Positions 29,818-43,339 of a DNA stretch of 64,000 nt are shown in pieces. The position numbers and the translations under genes were made by a program. Position 1 is the stretch's first letter; every line of letters begins with the position of its first letter. The notes beneath the pieces are model-generated. The model was not told the origin of the DNA. It saw only the letters and a program-made list of their open reading frames with translations, and did no database searches. Origin of the DNA: Octopus vulgaris (Eukaryota); the NCBI GenBank assembly GCA_951406725.2, contig OX597814.1, positions 91,264,001 to 91,328,000 on the forward strand, in the 5' to 3' direction.

Positions 29818-30385
29818 TGTGTGTGCGTGTGCGTGTGTGATGCTTTTGTATAGGTGTATATATGTGTTCGTGGTATGGGTTATAAGTTAAAAGCTATAGA
29901 GGAGGATTTTGGTGAGGTAGAAGTTTAGGGAACAGATGGAATGTAAGAGGAGGGTGGTGTGTGTAAAAGTGTGGAGGAGAGACTTAAAGAAAGAAGGATG
30001 GAGAATTTATACCATGCGGGACTGAAGTATACAGAGAGAAAATTAATTCCTGCTCCAAAGAGAGGCGAAAGACCAGTTGGTTTCTGTACAAGGCCAGTCC
30101 GAACACAAATATATGTTGCAGGGAATATCCCCTCGAGTAGAAATAGCGCGAGACAGGGCTGTCTTTGTCGAATCTGATGCCAAGAAGCTGTTCGACAAAA
30201 TGGCCCACTAAGTTATAACCAGTGTATCCAATGTAGAGGGAGTAGCAAAGAAAGCAGGTGAAGTAATAAATCAAGTTACCAGAGGTGCAAGTAAATTAAT
30301 CAATGATGTGGGTGAGTGGTGGTAGGTGCCCGTGAGTACGGTTGCTTGGAGAGGAAGGAAAGGTGTGACAGCGTGGACGAGACCA
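28915..30385 (-). mobile_element. PLE 3' fragment: GIY-YIG C-terminus, CA-rich UTR and HHR-like terminal module
   Basis: 29984-30290 reads CTSGNLIYYFTCFLCYSLYIGYTG..SPVSRYF..LEQELIFSLYTSVPHGIN. The terminus 28915-29075 is homologous to 57775-57968 (GAAGAGCGTG..GAAACGTC). Confidence 0.75.
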
Positions 30386-32695
30386 AGCCTATATACATGT
30401 AAGAGGTTATGTATAATACAAACATACACATAAGTACGCACAAAACACGTTCACACATACGCACATACATATGCACATAAAATACAAACATATATACATA
30501 CTTACATGCATACATATATTGTTTATTAATAAATTGTATCTGGTGTGATAGCTTGAAATTTTGATTATATAAAATACACGAATGCACTGTCTGGAAACGA
30601 AATTTGTTATTAACAAACGTAATATACATTTTACAGTGTGCCACTACATATCAGGACTCATTACACTGACTATACTAGCATCGAACATAACATGTTGGTA
30701 ATAAGCAAGTCGTATTTGAAGTATAGTTTAATTAGTTTGTTCCTTTTTTTTTGTTTTTCGTACTACGTTTTGTTTAAGTCATTGTAATAAATTTTATGAA
30801 ATACCATTTTCCATTATATTGATAACTTTAAAAAGCTATATATCATTCTATATCATTGTATTATATCAGTCTCGCTGTAATAGTTTCCTCCTAACAATAT
30901 TTAAATATTATCGTAATCAAAGAGAGATTGATCTTATTATTCTTAATTTTTCAAATTTTTAATTCGTTATACCGCTAAAATCGGTTCACTATAGCGTTTT
31001 GTATATCCCATTAATATTTTTTTCTGTCATATTGATGCGATTACATTCTTAACTTTTTATTATTCACTTTCATTGTAAAACACCTAGTTTAGAATTTAGT
31101 GATATATCATTCGTAACTCTTTTAGTTTAGAATTTAGCGATAGATGTATAATCGCTAATGTATATAAACAGCTCCGTTTTATTTTTTAAATCAAGAATCA
31201 ATTTTTATTATTACTAGTTCGCCACATCCAAAACGGAAATTTAATTAAAACTGACAGCATTGTAAATATGTCAATCGGAAAACAAATTCCAAAACGTTAC
31301 AAATAAAAGAAATGAGATGCTGATCATGGATGACGTATCGTTCGCATATGACTACATCCACGTACAGAGAACTGGTCGAGTATCTCATAGCGACCGCAGT
31401 CGAATGCATGATTGTAAACTGGCGACAAGTACATCTAAAACTAGAAGTATATGAGTTCTTTTCTTTCTTATGCAAGCACGGAATATAAGTTTAAACATCC
31501 AATTCCAAAGGCTGCCATATCATATACAATGATCGAATGAGAGACCCTCGGTCTGCAAGAATTAACAGACAAAACTTAAGAAAAACAATGTAGATAATGT
31601 TATTCACTTCCTGCACGTATGCAAAAATTGGGTGGTCACTGAAGAAATACTGTAAAACATCGAGAGTAAATTAGTGGCTAAACAACAACAAGCTTACAAC
31701 TGTCATTTATCCTGTACAACAATCTTCCATAATTTCAAATCGAGTGACTGTATTTCTGACATTTGTTTTGAAATGTGTGCGACAGCATATTTAGTATTTT
31801 AGCCACAAAAACGTTTGAAGCAAAGTAAAACATGCAGTGAGAAAACAATTTTTTCTTCAGTGGAAAGTGATGCTACATTGGCAGAATGTGGCAATCTGTC
31901 AGAATCAGCAGTATTACTGACAAATACTTTCATGTTTTTGAGTCTCATTTCAATCCCGCTGTTTTAACTTGAGGATGGTAATCTAATTAAGCTGTGAGCA
32001 TAATACACTGTACGATTACTCCGGATTTGTGATATTATCTCTACATTACAGTTCTATTCTTTTTTTTTTTATGCAGCATGGAATATAAATTTGGACTGCT
32101 AATTCCAAACGCTGCCATCTCAATGTGGCAGTGCCATTATGATGTAGCTGCCAAAATGGTAGTGATAAAATACTAAACTAAATATAGAATATTGCACTTG
32201 TAGAAAGTGACATAATCAGCAAGCGAGCGGGAAAGAGAAATAGAGAGACAAAGAAACAGAGAGAGAGATGGTTAAAAATTTAAATACTTCGCAAATACCA
32301 GCTGCATGATAGAAGTTATTTGCAAGATTACGTCCGTTTATGACGAGGTTACACAAAATGCAGTCTAATGATTATGCGACAAGTTCCCAAAAGCAATGAA
32401 CAGAATTTTTCTACGAAAAATATATGAACATTTTCGGGGAAATGACTGACATCGGTCCAAATAATGTTCACTGAAAATACTGGTAACAGAAAATATTGCT
32501 TGTACAAAATATAAGAAAAATAGCAGCATATGAATCTAAAGTATAATTTTACTTAACAACATAGCTTTAATTATGGACCTGATGCTTCCAAACGTGTGTA
32601 AGTGTATATGCATACCCGTGTTGCGACGTTTGAATTCTAAGAGAAACCACTTCACATTTTCTTGGAATTAGAGCATTATGAAACCACACGCACAC

Positions 32696-32726
<31 letters not shown>

Positions 32727-32779
32727 TGTATGTATGTATGTATGTATGTATGTATGTATGTATAATATGCACAAGTATA

Positions 32780-33000
32780 CTTTTATTCTTCTATTCCTTT
32801 ACTTGTTTCAGTCATTTTAACCAAATGAATCGTCACCAGGATATTTTTTAAAACCTAAAACTTACTACATGGCTCTTTTGCCGAACAGCTAAGTTACGGG
32901 AACGTAAACACACCAGCACCGGTTCAAGCAGTGATAGTGAGACAGAAAGACAGACAGACACACACACATACACACACACATACACACAGACGTACATATA
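32780..33000 (-). mobile_element. SINE family A 3' half
   Basis: ACTTGTTTCAGTCATTT..CTTTTGCCGAACAGCTAAGTTACGGGAACGTAAACACACCAGCA. Confidence 0.75.
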
Positions 33001-33024
33001 CACCCACACACACATACACACACA

Positions 33025-33308
33025 CAAATACTGAAAACGAACCTCCACCATTTCTTCTGCGTACATGTCTGTACACACTTTCCAATGCAATGTATGCCAG
33101 AAGGTTTGCAAATCTAATGAAGGCCTCCCCAAAAGACATTTTAAGATCCACAAAGAACAGAACTTATCTGCAGCTCTTGGTGGTCCAAATCGGATATGCA
33201 ACCAAGGTGGGTGTCTTTTTAGAATATTTTCTGGTTTAAAAAGCATCATGGTTCTAAGGTGTAGGTAAATGAGGTGGTCAAACTCTGCATAAGGAGTAGA
33301 CAACCACC

Positions 33309-33310
<2 letters not shown>
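33025..33310 (+). mobile_element. RTE-like LINE extreme 3' end with C2H2 zinc finger(s)
   Basis: FQCNVCQKVCKSNEGLPKRHFKIH plus a decayed second finger. The terminal GTGGTCAAACTC..GAGTAGACAACCACCAT parallels the 20537 RTE terminus. Confidence 0.6.
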
Positions 33311-33342
<32 letters not shown>

Positions 33343-33837
33343 ATATATAATTACAATTAATAAGAGGAATGACCACTGAAGTAGATTCCTAATATGCAAA
33401 CAGATAAACGTCAAATCACTTTACCACGAAGAGTATGTTCTCAAGAAATATCTCAGCAAAAACGCCAGAATGCAAAAATTTGAAAGAGACAAATGAAAAA
33501 TATACGAAATAAAACGAATTCCTACATATCATGATTTCATTGTTAGCACTTGCATAATGCAAAATGCAAGTATCTGCAACTCTTCAGCGTAAAAACATAT
33601 TTCACAGAACAATACACAGAAGCGTTCACTCGAAAGAAAACGCGTGTATAGTTCTGCAAATTTTATTTGGGGGTAACTTTCAAATATCGTCATTTTGGCG
33701 CACTGGGGCCAGAAATAACTCATGCATGATTGGAAAAAAGTGAATAAGTATGGCGTCTTACCTCTGCAAGATTGCAAGAAGGAATGCCAGTTAACATTAT
33801 TATCTCTCATAAGTATAATGTTCTTTATATCGGTCTA

Positions 33838-33896
<59 letters not shown>

Positions 33897-33899
33897 CTA

Positions 33900-33971
<72 letters not shown>

Positions 33972-33974
<3 letters not shown>

Positions 33975-34170
33975 TTTTACTCATTTACTTGTTTCAGTCA
34001 TTTGACTGCGGCCATGCTGGTACAACGACCCCGGGACTTATACTTTTGTAAGCCCAGTACTTATTCTATCGGTCTCTTTTGCCGAACCGCTAAGTAACGG
34101 AGACATAAACACACCAGCATCGGTTGTCAAGCAATGCTAGGGGACAAACACAGACACACAAACACACACA

Positions 34171-34218
<48 letters not shown>

Positions 34219-34385
34219 TACGACGGCCTTCTTTCAGTTTCCGTCTACCAAATCCACTCACAAAGCTTTGGTCGGCCCGAGGCCATAGTAGAAGACACTT
34301 GCCCAAGTTGTCACGCAGTGGGACTGAACCCGGAACCAGGTGGTTGGTAGACAAGCTACGTACCACACAGCCACTCCTGCGCCTA
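33972..34385 (-). mobile_element. SINE family A, near full length
   Basis: Minus head GGCGCAGGAGTGGCTGTGTGGT..CCGGGTTCAGTCCC, internal microsatellite, GAGTAAAAG tail. Confidence 0.9.
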
Positions 34386-34389
34386 TTGA

Positions 34390-34479
<90 letters not shown>

Positions 34480-34705
34480 CATACACGCACATACATATGC
34501 ATTCATGCACACGTACGAGTCGTGGTTTGTCAGATCATGCAGCTGATCCAGAACGGTACTCAGAGTAACTCCAACAAAAGGCATAATGTGCTTTCATTGG
34601 ATGTAACGATGTCAAGCGATGTGGCGTACAGCATATAAGAACTATCTCATCTATCTATCTCTCTTTTTCTCCTAACTTTCTCTCTCTCTCTCACTCTCCC
34701 TATAC

Positions 34706-34747
<42 letters not shown>

Positions 34748-34755
34748 AGAGAGAG

Positions 34756-34795
<40 letters not shown>

Positions 34796-34855
34796 TGATT
34801 GATTGATTGATTGATAGATAGGTAGGTAGGTAGGTAGGTAGGTAGGTAGATAGAT

Positions 34856-34992
<137 letters not shown>

Positions 34993-35770
34993 GAGATAGA
35001 GAGAGAGAGAGATAGAGAGATAGAGAGATAGATAGATAGATTTAATAATAAGATTGAATAGAGAGGTAAGCATAGAGGAGAAAAGCTTGTGCACTTTTCT
35101 GTAGCGGCAATTCCCATTTGCCCATTCGGTATGCATTTTGTATGTAGAATAGTATAGAATATAACTATTGCAGATTGGCATTATGAAATAAAGTGAATGT
35201 ATTATGTAAATAAAAGAAAAAGAAGTTTATTGAATATATATAAGATATAAATTGACACAGAAATACAAATGCAGAAACACATATCAGCACACAAACATTC
35301 AATTACATGTAACTATATAATGCGCACTTGCAGATGGGACAGCATGTGTGCGCGTGTTCATTGTGTGACAAAAATATCTTAGTTATTATAACCAGGCATG
35401 ATTTAATTTACGCATTTCCTTCTGGGAATAAATCTTTCCATACAATAAAGGTCAGAAAATTTATTATTTTCCATAAATATTATTTTATTCTTCATAACTA
35501 AGAAGAAAAAAATAATGAAATGCAGGTTAAACAGATGTATACTTAATGCTTTCTGTGCATTTATTTCGTTTTCGATCGAATTATTTTTAGTAAGTTTACA
35601 AATTGAGAATTTATGTACTTTCTTCATTGCAACTACATCGTTTCGGGTTCTCCCCACTCTCTGGTAACTAGGTAACGTGCCGCCTACTATTGCTATGAGT
35701 CAATGAATGTCCTGTAAGTGAATTTGGTAGTCGGAAACCATGTGGATGGCCATCAAGTAGCTAATACATG

Positions 35771-36206
35771 CGAGGTCTGATCAATAAGTAACCGTACATG
35801 CAGAGTGAAGGCACTTGGCATAAATTAACCATGATCTCTGCTGTGCATGCGCACTAATTTTTAACGTTCAAGCTCGGGTTTCAGTTGCACAATACGTCTT
35901 TGATTGTGTCGAGAACGATGAAAACTTTTTGAAAAGTTGCGTAGGCCTCTGAGCATGTATCGTCAGGCTTTAGGAAACTTTGATGCAGATTGTCTGCTCA
36001 ACTCACTCTCATGGTCAATGCGACGATCACATGCTACACACGTTCCTTCCAAGCGCTGCTATAAACAGCTGAAGTGAGCTAGAATGTTAAAACATACTGC
36101 ATATGCACAACAGCTTTTAAGGTCAAACTTCACCACGTGGCTCTACTCTGCGTGATTTGGCTTCGTTACTATGGCAACAGTCCGAATACTTATTGATCAG
36201 ACCACG
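35771..36206 (-). mobile_element. mariner-derived MITE with TIRs and long subterminal inverted repeats
   Basis: TIRs CGAGGTCTGATCAATAAGTA / TACTTATTGATCAGACCACG followed by TA; internal minus-strand VEQTICIK resembles a mariner start. Confidence 0.8.
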
Positions 36207-38324
36207 TATGTCTCTTTTTAAAATTAAAGTTTAGTTAGGAGACTTTAAAATGTAGTATCCAAACTTTGTTTTGGGTATGTTCCTAGTAGTGTACCTTGAG
36301 AGCACGTTCATCACATACGGCTACCAAGCGTCATCTGCGAAACTGCACTTTCGTTGCAGGATCTACGTAAGGAATTCTTCGGTACACGTTTAGTATATTT
36401 TAAATAATTGATAGGGAAGACAGAATGTACTGTAAGCTTTTTTTGGCACAGTTTACAGTACACTCTGCTTTCTCTATCAATTATTCAAAATATTTCTACA
36501 CATATATGCATGTGTGTGTATGTGTTTATGGATATGTAGCATCGCATGAAAATCGGTGTTGTTTTACCTCTCCGTAACTACTGGCTATACAAAAGAGCTC
36601 GGTAATAAGTACTGAAATATATTTGTACGAATAAGTACTGAAATATATTTGTCCGAGTAAACCATTCAATCCATGGCTGCTGCAGTCCAATGACTAAAAA
36701 TATTTTAAAGTTAAAAATCATTTTACATACATAAATACATATACACATAGAAATAAACCACACGCGCGCAAACACAATTTCACACATTCACACATATACA
36801 CACATACAAGTACACAATTCCCTGCTACACAGGCACAGGCACACACACAAACACATACACACATACACACACATACGCACGCACGCACACGAGCACACAC
36901 ACACGTAACTGGAATTTATACAGCGAAAATATTTTGCTGTTGCTCAAGATATTCAAACCATTCTTAATTTAACTAGATCATCAAATGCCTCTTCCCTTTT
37001 TGTAGATGATATTTTATTATTTCTAACACGAAGACCACCGTTGATAGATCAAGTAGAGAAGTGTTGGATACCCAAGTACTGTCGAAATTCAGAACTGCAA
37101 TTAGGTTTACGTTTTTCACAAAATTTCAACGAGGCTGGCTATATTTCACTTTTCCCACAAATTCAAAAATATTAACGATTTATGTGAAACTAGCTGAATA
37201 ATAGGATCGGATAATAAGAAAAAAGCTAGTCATATAGATTCTTATATCCGTAATTTGTGATATATACAGAATACTTAATACAGAGAAATATATTTTATGT
37301 TAATAAAAAATAGATGATATTTTTAATGCCTCGTCATCTCTGTTCTATATATTTAAAATGTGTTATTACCAATGTATGTCGGTACATACACATAGACATG
37401 CACGCACATAAACAGATACAGACACATATGTGTATATGTGTATATGTGTATGGGTGTGCAGTTCTATGATGGTGTTAAAGAGAGAAGAGGCGGTATGTAT
37501 ATGTATAGGAATGTATCGGTGTTTATCGATGGGCAGTAAGAAGGAGAGGTTTTTTTGATGTTCGTGTATATATGTGGGACTTTCCAGCTGCTGATGAGCA
37601 CTGGGGTGAGCTGTAGAGATGGGAAGTGTGAAATTGTATTGAGCGTATGTGTGATTGTGATTAAACCATGGATGTTTGTGGGTGGACGCCGAGTGTGATG
37701 TAAAAAAGGAAGCCAAAACGTATGGAGGCAGGTGAGAGCGAAGAACATGCAAGGGTATGGGTTTGAGATGCTGTTGCATGGAAGGAATGCATAAACAAGG
37801 GAATTAAGAAGGAAAAACAAAGCGGAAGTTCAAGGACCGAAGTGAAACGCGGAGAATGACAGAAAAATAGGAGAAAGAATAATTACAAAACAATAGTGTT
37901 GTATAAACAGCATTTTTGTATTTTGAGAGAAGAAAACTAAATGTGACATGTGATGGGGTGCAAATTGTATAAATTGATGCCAGGAAAAAGGAAAAAAAAA
38001 AATTCAAAAAGTGAATAAGAAAAGCGACACGAAGAGAAACGTGCGAGTTCAGTGAGTGGAGAGGTGTGAGATAAAAAGAAGAGGAGAATTGAAGAAAAAA
38101 TAATTACAATACACACTGATATAACAGGCTTTTAAAGGTCTGTGACAAAATCAATTTTAAAACAATTTTTAAATGTTGATGAAATTCTTCTGAGATTGCA
38201 CAGCTGCTACAAAATGCATTGTCGGAAATATTGTCCATTATATGGGGAGGAACTTAGAGCCCTAGATGTGTGATTTCGTGTAAGATTAGAAACGATTGAA
38301 AGAACAAAAAACGGAAACCGGTAT

Positions 38325-38845
38325 ATATGAATACCCAAAAGTAACAAAAATTAGCCGGAAACGTTCTCTGTAGGATAAGCCTCTTGTAGCTGAGGCTTCC
38401 GCTGCTAGGAGCCACTTGATGCAACCCTCAGGCAACAGTCTGCCGACCGGCGTCTTCGCTCGGTGTTGTGCTTCCACGCGGTTCATCTTTGTTTCTCAGT
38501 ACTTCTCCCATATTCGGCCATTTCTGCGATGGCTGCAACGAAAGAACAGCATTCTTCCGTGAAATTCTGATTTCTGCTTGGGAAAACAGTGGCCGAAACA
38601 GTTGTCATGCAGCAAACATCTTACAATAACGCTGCCATGAGCTCAACACAAGTTAACGAGTAGTTTTCATGCTTTAAGAATTGTCACTTGCCACTAGTGG
38701 ATCAACCTCTTTCAGGGTGACAGTCGATCTCCCGAACGAATGAAAATATAACGATAATTCATTAACCGATCTTGGGAGACTGTCACCAAAAAATTGATGA
38801 ACTTGTTGGTATGACTGGTGTGTCCTGAAGCTCCTACCAACGAAC
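38325..38845 (+). mobile_element. mariner transposase 5' remnant
   Basis: ATG at 38529 gives MAATKEQHSSVKF*FLLGKTVAETVVM..MSSTQVNE*FSCFKN..DQPLSG. Confidence 0.75.
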
Positions 38846-39003
38846 TATATATCTGTGTGAGTGTGTGTCTAAAAAAGGAAGGCGCCGTAAAATGCGTCAT
38901 GAAACCAAAGATCGGTTATAGAACTATTTCTATATTCTACTATATTACTCACAGTAGTACTACAGAGGATATGCTAGAAGAATACAATCGAATACTAGAA
39001 TTA

Positions 39004-39067
<64 letters not shown>

Positions 39068-39678
39068 TAATAATAATATTAATAATGATAATAATAATAG
39101 TAATAGGCAGAACACTGGTTTATTATTCAATGCTGTGTAGGACTTGTACGCTTTTCAGCAAAATGAAGAAATAATTTCATAAAAACCGCATGCATGTTTA
39201 CTCCCCAGAGAATCATTGTCACACTACATATATATAAATATATATATACATTTTTCCCGTTGTGCAAATTATCAACGAACTGTCTTTTCTCGCAGTATAC
39301 AGAGGGTATACATGTAGCGAATCATGGGTATCCGTAAAATACGACGCCCTCCCAAAACCAAGTATATGTGACCAGAGTATAAGAGAAAGAGAGAAAAAGA
39401 GAGAGAGAGAGAGAGAGAGAGCAAATAAGGAAGTAGAAAAGAGATAAGAAGTAGAAAACAAGTAAATCAAAATAAAAATTAGAAGGCGGAAGAAGAACAG
39501 AGATCAAACTGATAACAGAGTCTCATTAAGGTGGAGTCATCAATTAGCAAGAGCTGGCTGTCTTACTGATTTCTATCAAAACAAATATACATATAAAGAC
39601 ATGATGAACACGAAAGAAAGCCTCACACACAACAGGCACATAAACAAACACGCATATATACATACATGCATATGTACA

Positions 39679-39718
<40 letters not shown>

Positions 39719-39749
39719 CTACATGCATATATATATATATATATATATA

Positions 39750-39960
39750 TATAGGTCAAATTTACAGAAAAAATAAAAGACGAAGTCAGATGTAGGAACA
39801 ACAAACAGGTCTATCAGTTTAACGCCCAGGCTAAATGGAAAAGATTCTTACGTCTCGAGCCTGCGAGCTTCTATCGAAACGCGCAGAAGGAAAAGTAGAG
39901 AGAGGATAAAAAAACGGAGAGTATAAGAAACAGTGTAGAGTTCAGCGGTCCATCATGGCA
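39750..39960 (-). mobile_element. short PLE terminal module with decayed hammerhead
   Basis: Reverse-complement homolog of 57775-57968; minus reads ..AGAAGCTCGCAGGCTCGAGACGTAAGAA; flanked by (TA)n. Confidence 0.6.
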
Positions 39961-40078
39961 TATGATTGGCTGAATGAAAGGGAGATAATAATCATATATA
40001 TATATATATATATATATACTTATACATATACATACATACATACATACATACATACATACATACATACATACCTATATG

Positions 40079-40117
<39 letters not shown>

Positions 40118-40149
40118 TTATTTATATACATATATATATCTATATATAT

Positions 40150-41087
40150 GTGTGCGATGCTCGAATTGTCGCCATTTGATATGTTTAATTTCGTGCAGAC
40201 GCATCGTTTGTTTTTGATTTTGTCGAACTGAGGTTAGTTGGGCACCGTCTGTGAGTAAACAGCACCCTGGCGCAATTTACTCTACCAGAAAATTGGAAAT
40301 GAAATGCTGTACGGCTTGGTATTCGCTCCGGAAGCTCTAACACGATCAGTGCAGAGGATTCGGAAAGTGTTAGATGAGTCTAATGGTGATTACGAAAGTA
40401 TGGTAGCTCGGAAAACGCACTGTGATCGTTCTGCTAAGAAAAGAACTCCTGAATTTGTTGGTGAGATACAGGCCATGATTGACAACGATCCCTCCAAGTC
40501 AGTCACGTCCATTGCCAGGGACATGCGAGTGTCTGAGTTCCTTATAAGGCAGGTAGTGCATAAAGACATTCGGTATTCCTCATACAAGATGAGAAAGGGC
40601 CAATTTTTATTCCAAGTCATCAATGAAAATAGGAAAGACGGAACATGCTTTGGTTTTTCTCAGACGTGAGAAAAAATTCTGAAAGGATCAGATGGTGCAG
40701 CATGCCATACAAGCAGGAGAACACAGTCATGGCTGTCAGACAATTTCTGCGACCACATCACCCCTAACTCCCCAGACTGCAAATCCTTTGATTATTATGT
40801 GTGAGGTGCACTTGAGCAAGAGACCAACTCCTTGTAACACCAAAGATGAACTGGAGGCAATGTTTATGGCAGCATTCAACAACTTAATCAAGGAAACCGT
40901 CCTGAAGAACTGCATGAGTTTCCGAAGTCTTCTGGAGGCCGTGGTTGAAGCTAACGGCGATTTTATTGAATAAATTTACTCTTTAGTATTTCAAGATATT
41001 TTTGTGTAATTTTGGTTAATATATGTTTTAAAATGAAATGTTTTCATTTTTGAGTAATTTAGACGACAATTTATTCACCGCTGCCTG
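40150..41087 (+). mobile_element. IS630/Tc1/mariner (maT-like) element with internal deletions
   Basis: RSVQRIRK..KKRTPEFVGEIQAMIDNDPSKSVTSIARD..SYKMRKGQ, FFSD, PNSPDC.PLDYYV, VVEANGDFIE*; 3' TIR ...TTTATTCACCGCTGCCTG followed by TA. Confidence 0.85.
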
Positions 41088-41222
41088 TATATGCACTAAT
41101 ATTCATATACTTTAGCGTTTCTGTTGTAAAATTGCGAATAAGTCACCCTAGGAAATCAGTGTATGACTGATTCGATTATCTTATAAACTGACAAGGCGAG
41201 ATGAGTTTAACCCAAGGCGCAA

Positions 41223-41281
41223 GGTGTGAGTCACTGACGAGCATTAATGTAAATGCGAAATAATTGTGATCTGACTATGCC
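41223..41281 (+). ncRNA. type I hammerhead ribozyme with intact catalytic core
   Basis: Stem I AGTCA(41229-33)/TGACT(41272-76), core CTGACGA(41234-40), stem II GCATT/AATGC, GAAA(41257-60), short stem III, ATC cleavage triplet (41269-71). Confidence 0.72.
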
Positions 41282-42670
41282 CAGGCGGTAAGGGAGCTTG
41301 CCTCCTTTATCAGTCATGAAGATAAGGTGCTTCTTATGGCTATGAGTTGTTTTAACTCTTATTTCTAGCAATACTGGTGTTGACTAATGCCTTCACTTAC
41401 TTTCGTAACGTATATTTTTATGCATACCCCTCCACACACGTGCGTGTGTGTATGCATGTATGTTCATGCATGTGTATGCGTGGTGTGTACATGTATGATT
41501 TATCTTTTCACCACTAATTACTGATATGGGAAAATAATTGCATAATATTTAATATGTTTTTCACGATTTGACGATATTAATGGGTATTAATAATATTTAT
41601 ATCAATATATTTTATTCACATATTTTCGTACAGCAAATGCATTTAAGTTGTAACTCTTCAGATAACGTTTGGTATTAAGTGTATGCCTACATTTGTATTC
41701 CACTGATATAGAACAACAAGTTACACACATGTCAGCTCCTTTGATAAAAATTTGTTTTTGGACCCTGACTTATCGTTTTAAAGCTAAGAATACTAATTAT
41801 ATCTCCACCTTTAGGAATGATATCTTTTATGCATTTAACGACTAATTACTAATCGCCCTCAATATATCACCACACCAATAATGTCGATTTGTCATATTTT
41901 CTTCATTGCGAAGAAAGATTGAAATTAGTTGCTATGCATGGAACAATTTCGTCGCTTGAAATTTGTTTTATAGGAAGTATTTTCTTAACAGTAAACCGTA
42001 TGTTTACAAGAAAGGTGATAGACTTCTAGCAAAAGCTAATACACTTGTCAACTGCTCCAGTGAGACAGTAGTAACTGGTGCAGCATACGCGAATAGTTCA
42101 AAAGGAAGGTTGCTTCACAAACACGATGCCCTGCCTTGGATCACATTGCCTGCTATCTTCCACAAATGATATTCTCTGTATTCTTGTGGATGAAGTGGGG
42201 GAAACAAAAACTGTATAATACACACTATCGGGTACAATATTACAGCAATCCAAGACGTACAGCTTTGTGACACTCTGTGCCATGCAGATGTACCTCAAAT
42301 TCAAATAAAAGGTACATGTGCCTGATGAATGCTCAACTAGTTACCCTTTAAAACAGGAGCAGTTGATTCAAATGACTGAACAGCTATACCTTCATTTTCG
42401 AACGACAGAGAAGCATGCACTAACAGAATCAACTGAGACTGAAATTAAAGTAAAATTTCCCAATTTCATAGATATAGTTGAAGTAATATACTATGTCGTC
42501 CTAGATATTTTTCAGCTAAAGAAGATGGAGTGGTCATTTATGGAATATTTGGTCATACGTCAAACGGTTATTTGCTCAGTCAATAACCGTATTACCATAT
42601 TTCCGCATCATATTTTGTTACAGTTAATAGCTGTTCGATTCTCACAATTTTATTATTAGGTTTGTTACAA

Positions 42671-42761
42671 GGCGATGAGCTGGGAGAATCGTTAGCACGC
42701 CGGGCTAATTGCTTAGCCTGCCGCTTCGTTCTGAGTTCAAATTCCGCCGATGTCGACTTTC
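42671..42761 (+). mobile_element. SINE family B head
   Basis: GGCGATGAGCTGGGAGAATCGTTAGCACGCCGGGC..GAGTTCAAATTCCGCCGATGTCGACTTT, with A/B boxes. Confidence 0.75.
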
Positions 42762-42923
42762 AATGCTGCTCCAAATAGTTTTCTCGTTTCACACACACGC
42801 ACACAGAGTCTGATTCTTCCTTTTCACTTTCTGTCTCTTTCTCTTACACATATATACGCAAGAGCGCAGCATTTCAGGCAAGTCTGTTGAAGTGCTTGGG
42901 AAATGAAATTAGCCACAAGTATT

Positions 42924-43339
42924 ACTCTACTCCCTTTTTACTCTTTTACTTGTTTCAGTCATTTGGCTGCCGCCATGCTGGAGCACCGCCTTTAGTCGAG
43001 CAAATCGACCCCGGGACTTATTCTTTGTAAGCCCAGTACTTATTATATCGGTCTCTTTTGCCGAACCGCTGAGTGACGGGGACGTAAACACACCAGCATC
43101 GGTTGTCAAGCAATGCTAGGGGGACAAACACAGACACACAAACATATACACACACACTTATATATATATACATATATACGACATGCTTCTTTCAGTCTCC
43201 GTCAACCAAATCCACTCACAAGGCATTGGTCGGCCCGGGGCTATAGCAGAAGACACTTGCCCAAGATGCCACGCAGTGGGACTGAACCCGGAACCATGTG
43301 GTTGGTTAGCAAGCTACTTACCACACAGCCACTCCAGCG
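42924..43339 (-). mobile_element. SINE family A, full length
   Basis: Highly similar to 33972-34385. Confidence 0.9.

Noticed and set aside
37585-37620. CTGATGAGCAC motif
   Set aside because: No downstream GAAA core.
42318-42370. CTGATGA followed by a TGCTC/GAGCA stem
   Set aside because: There is no GAAA or stem I/III, so it is not a hammerhead.
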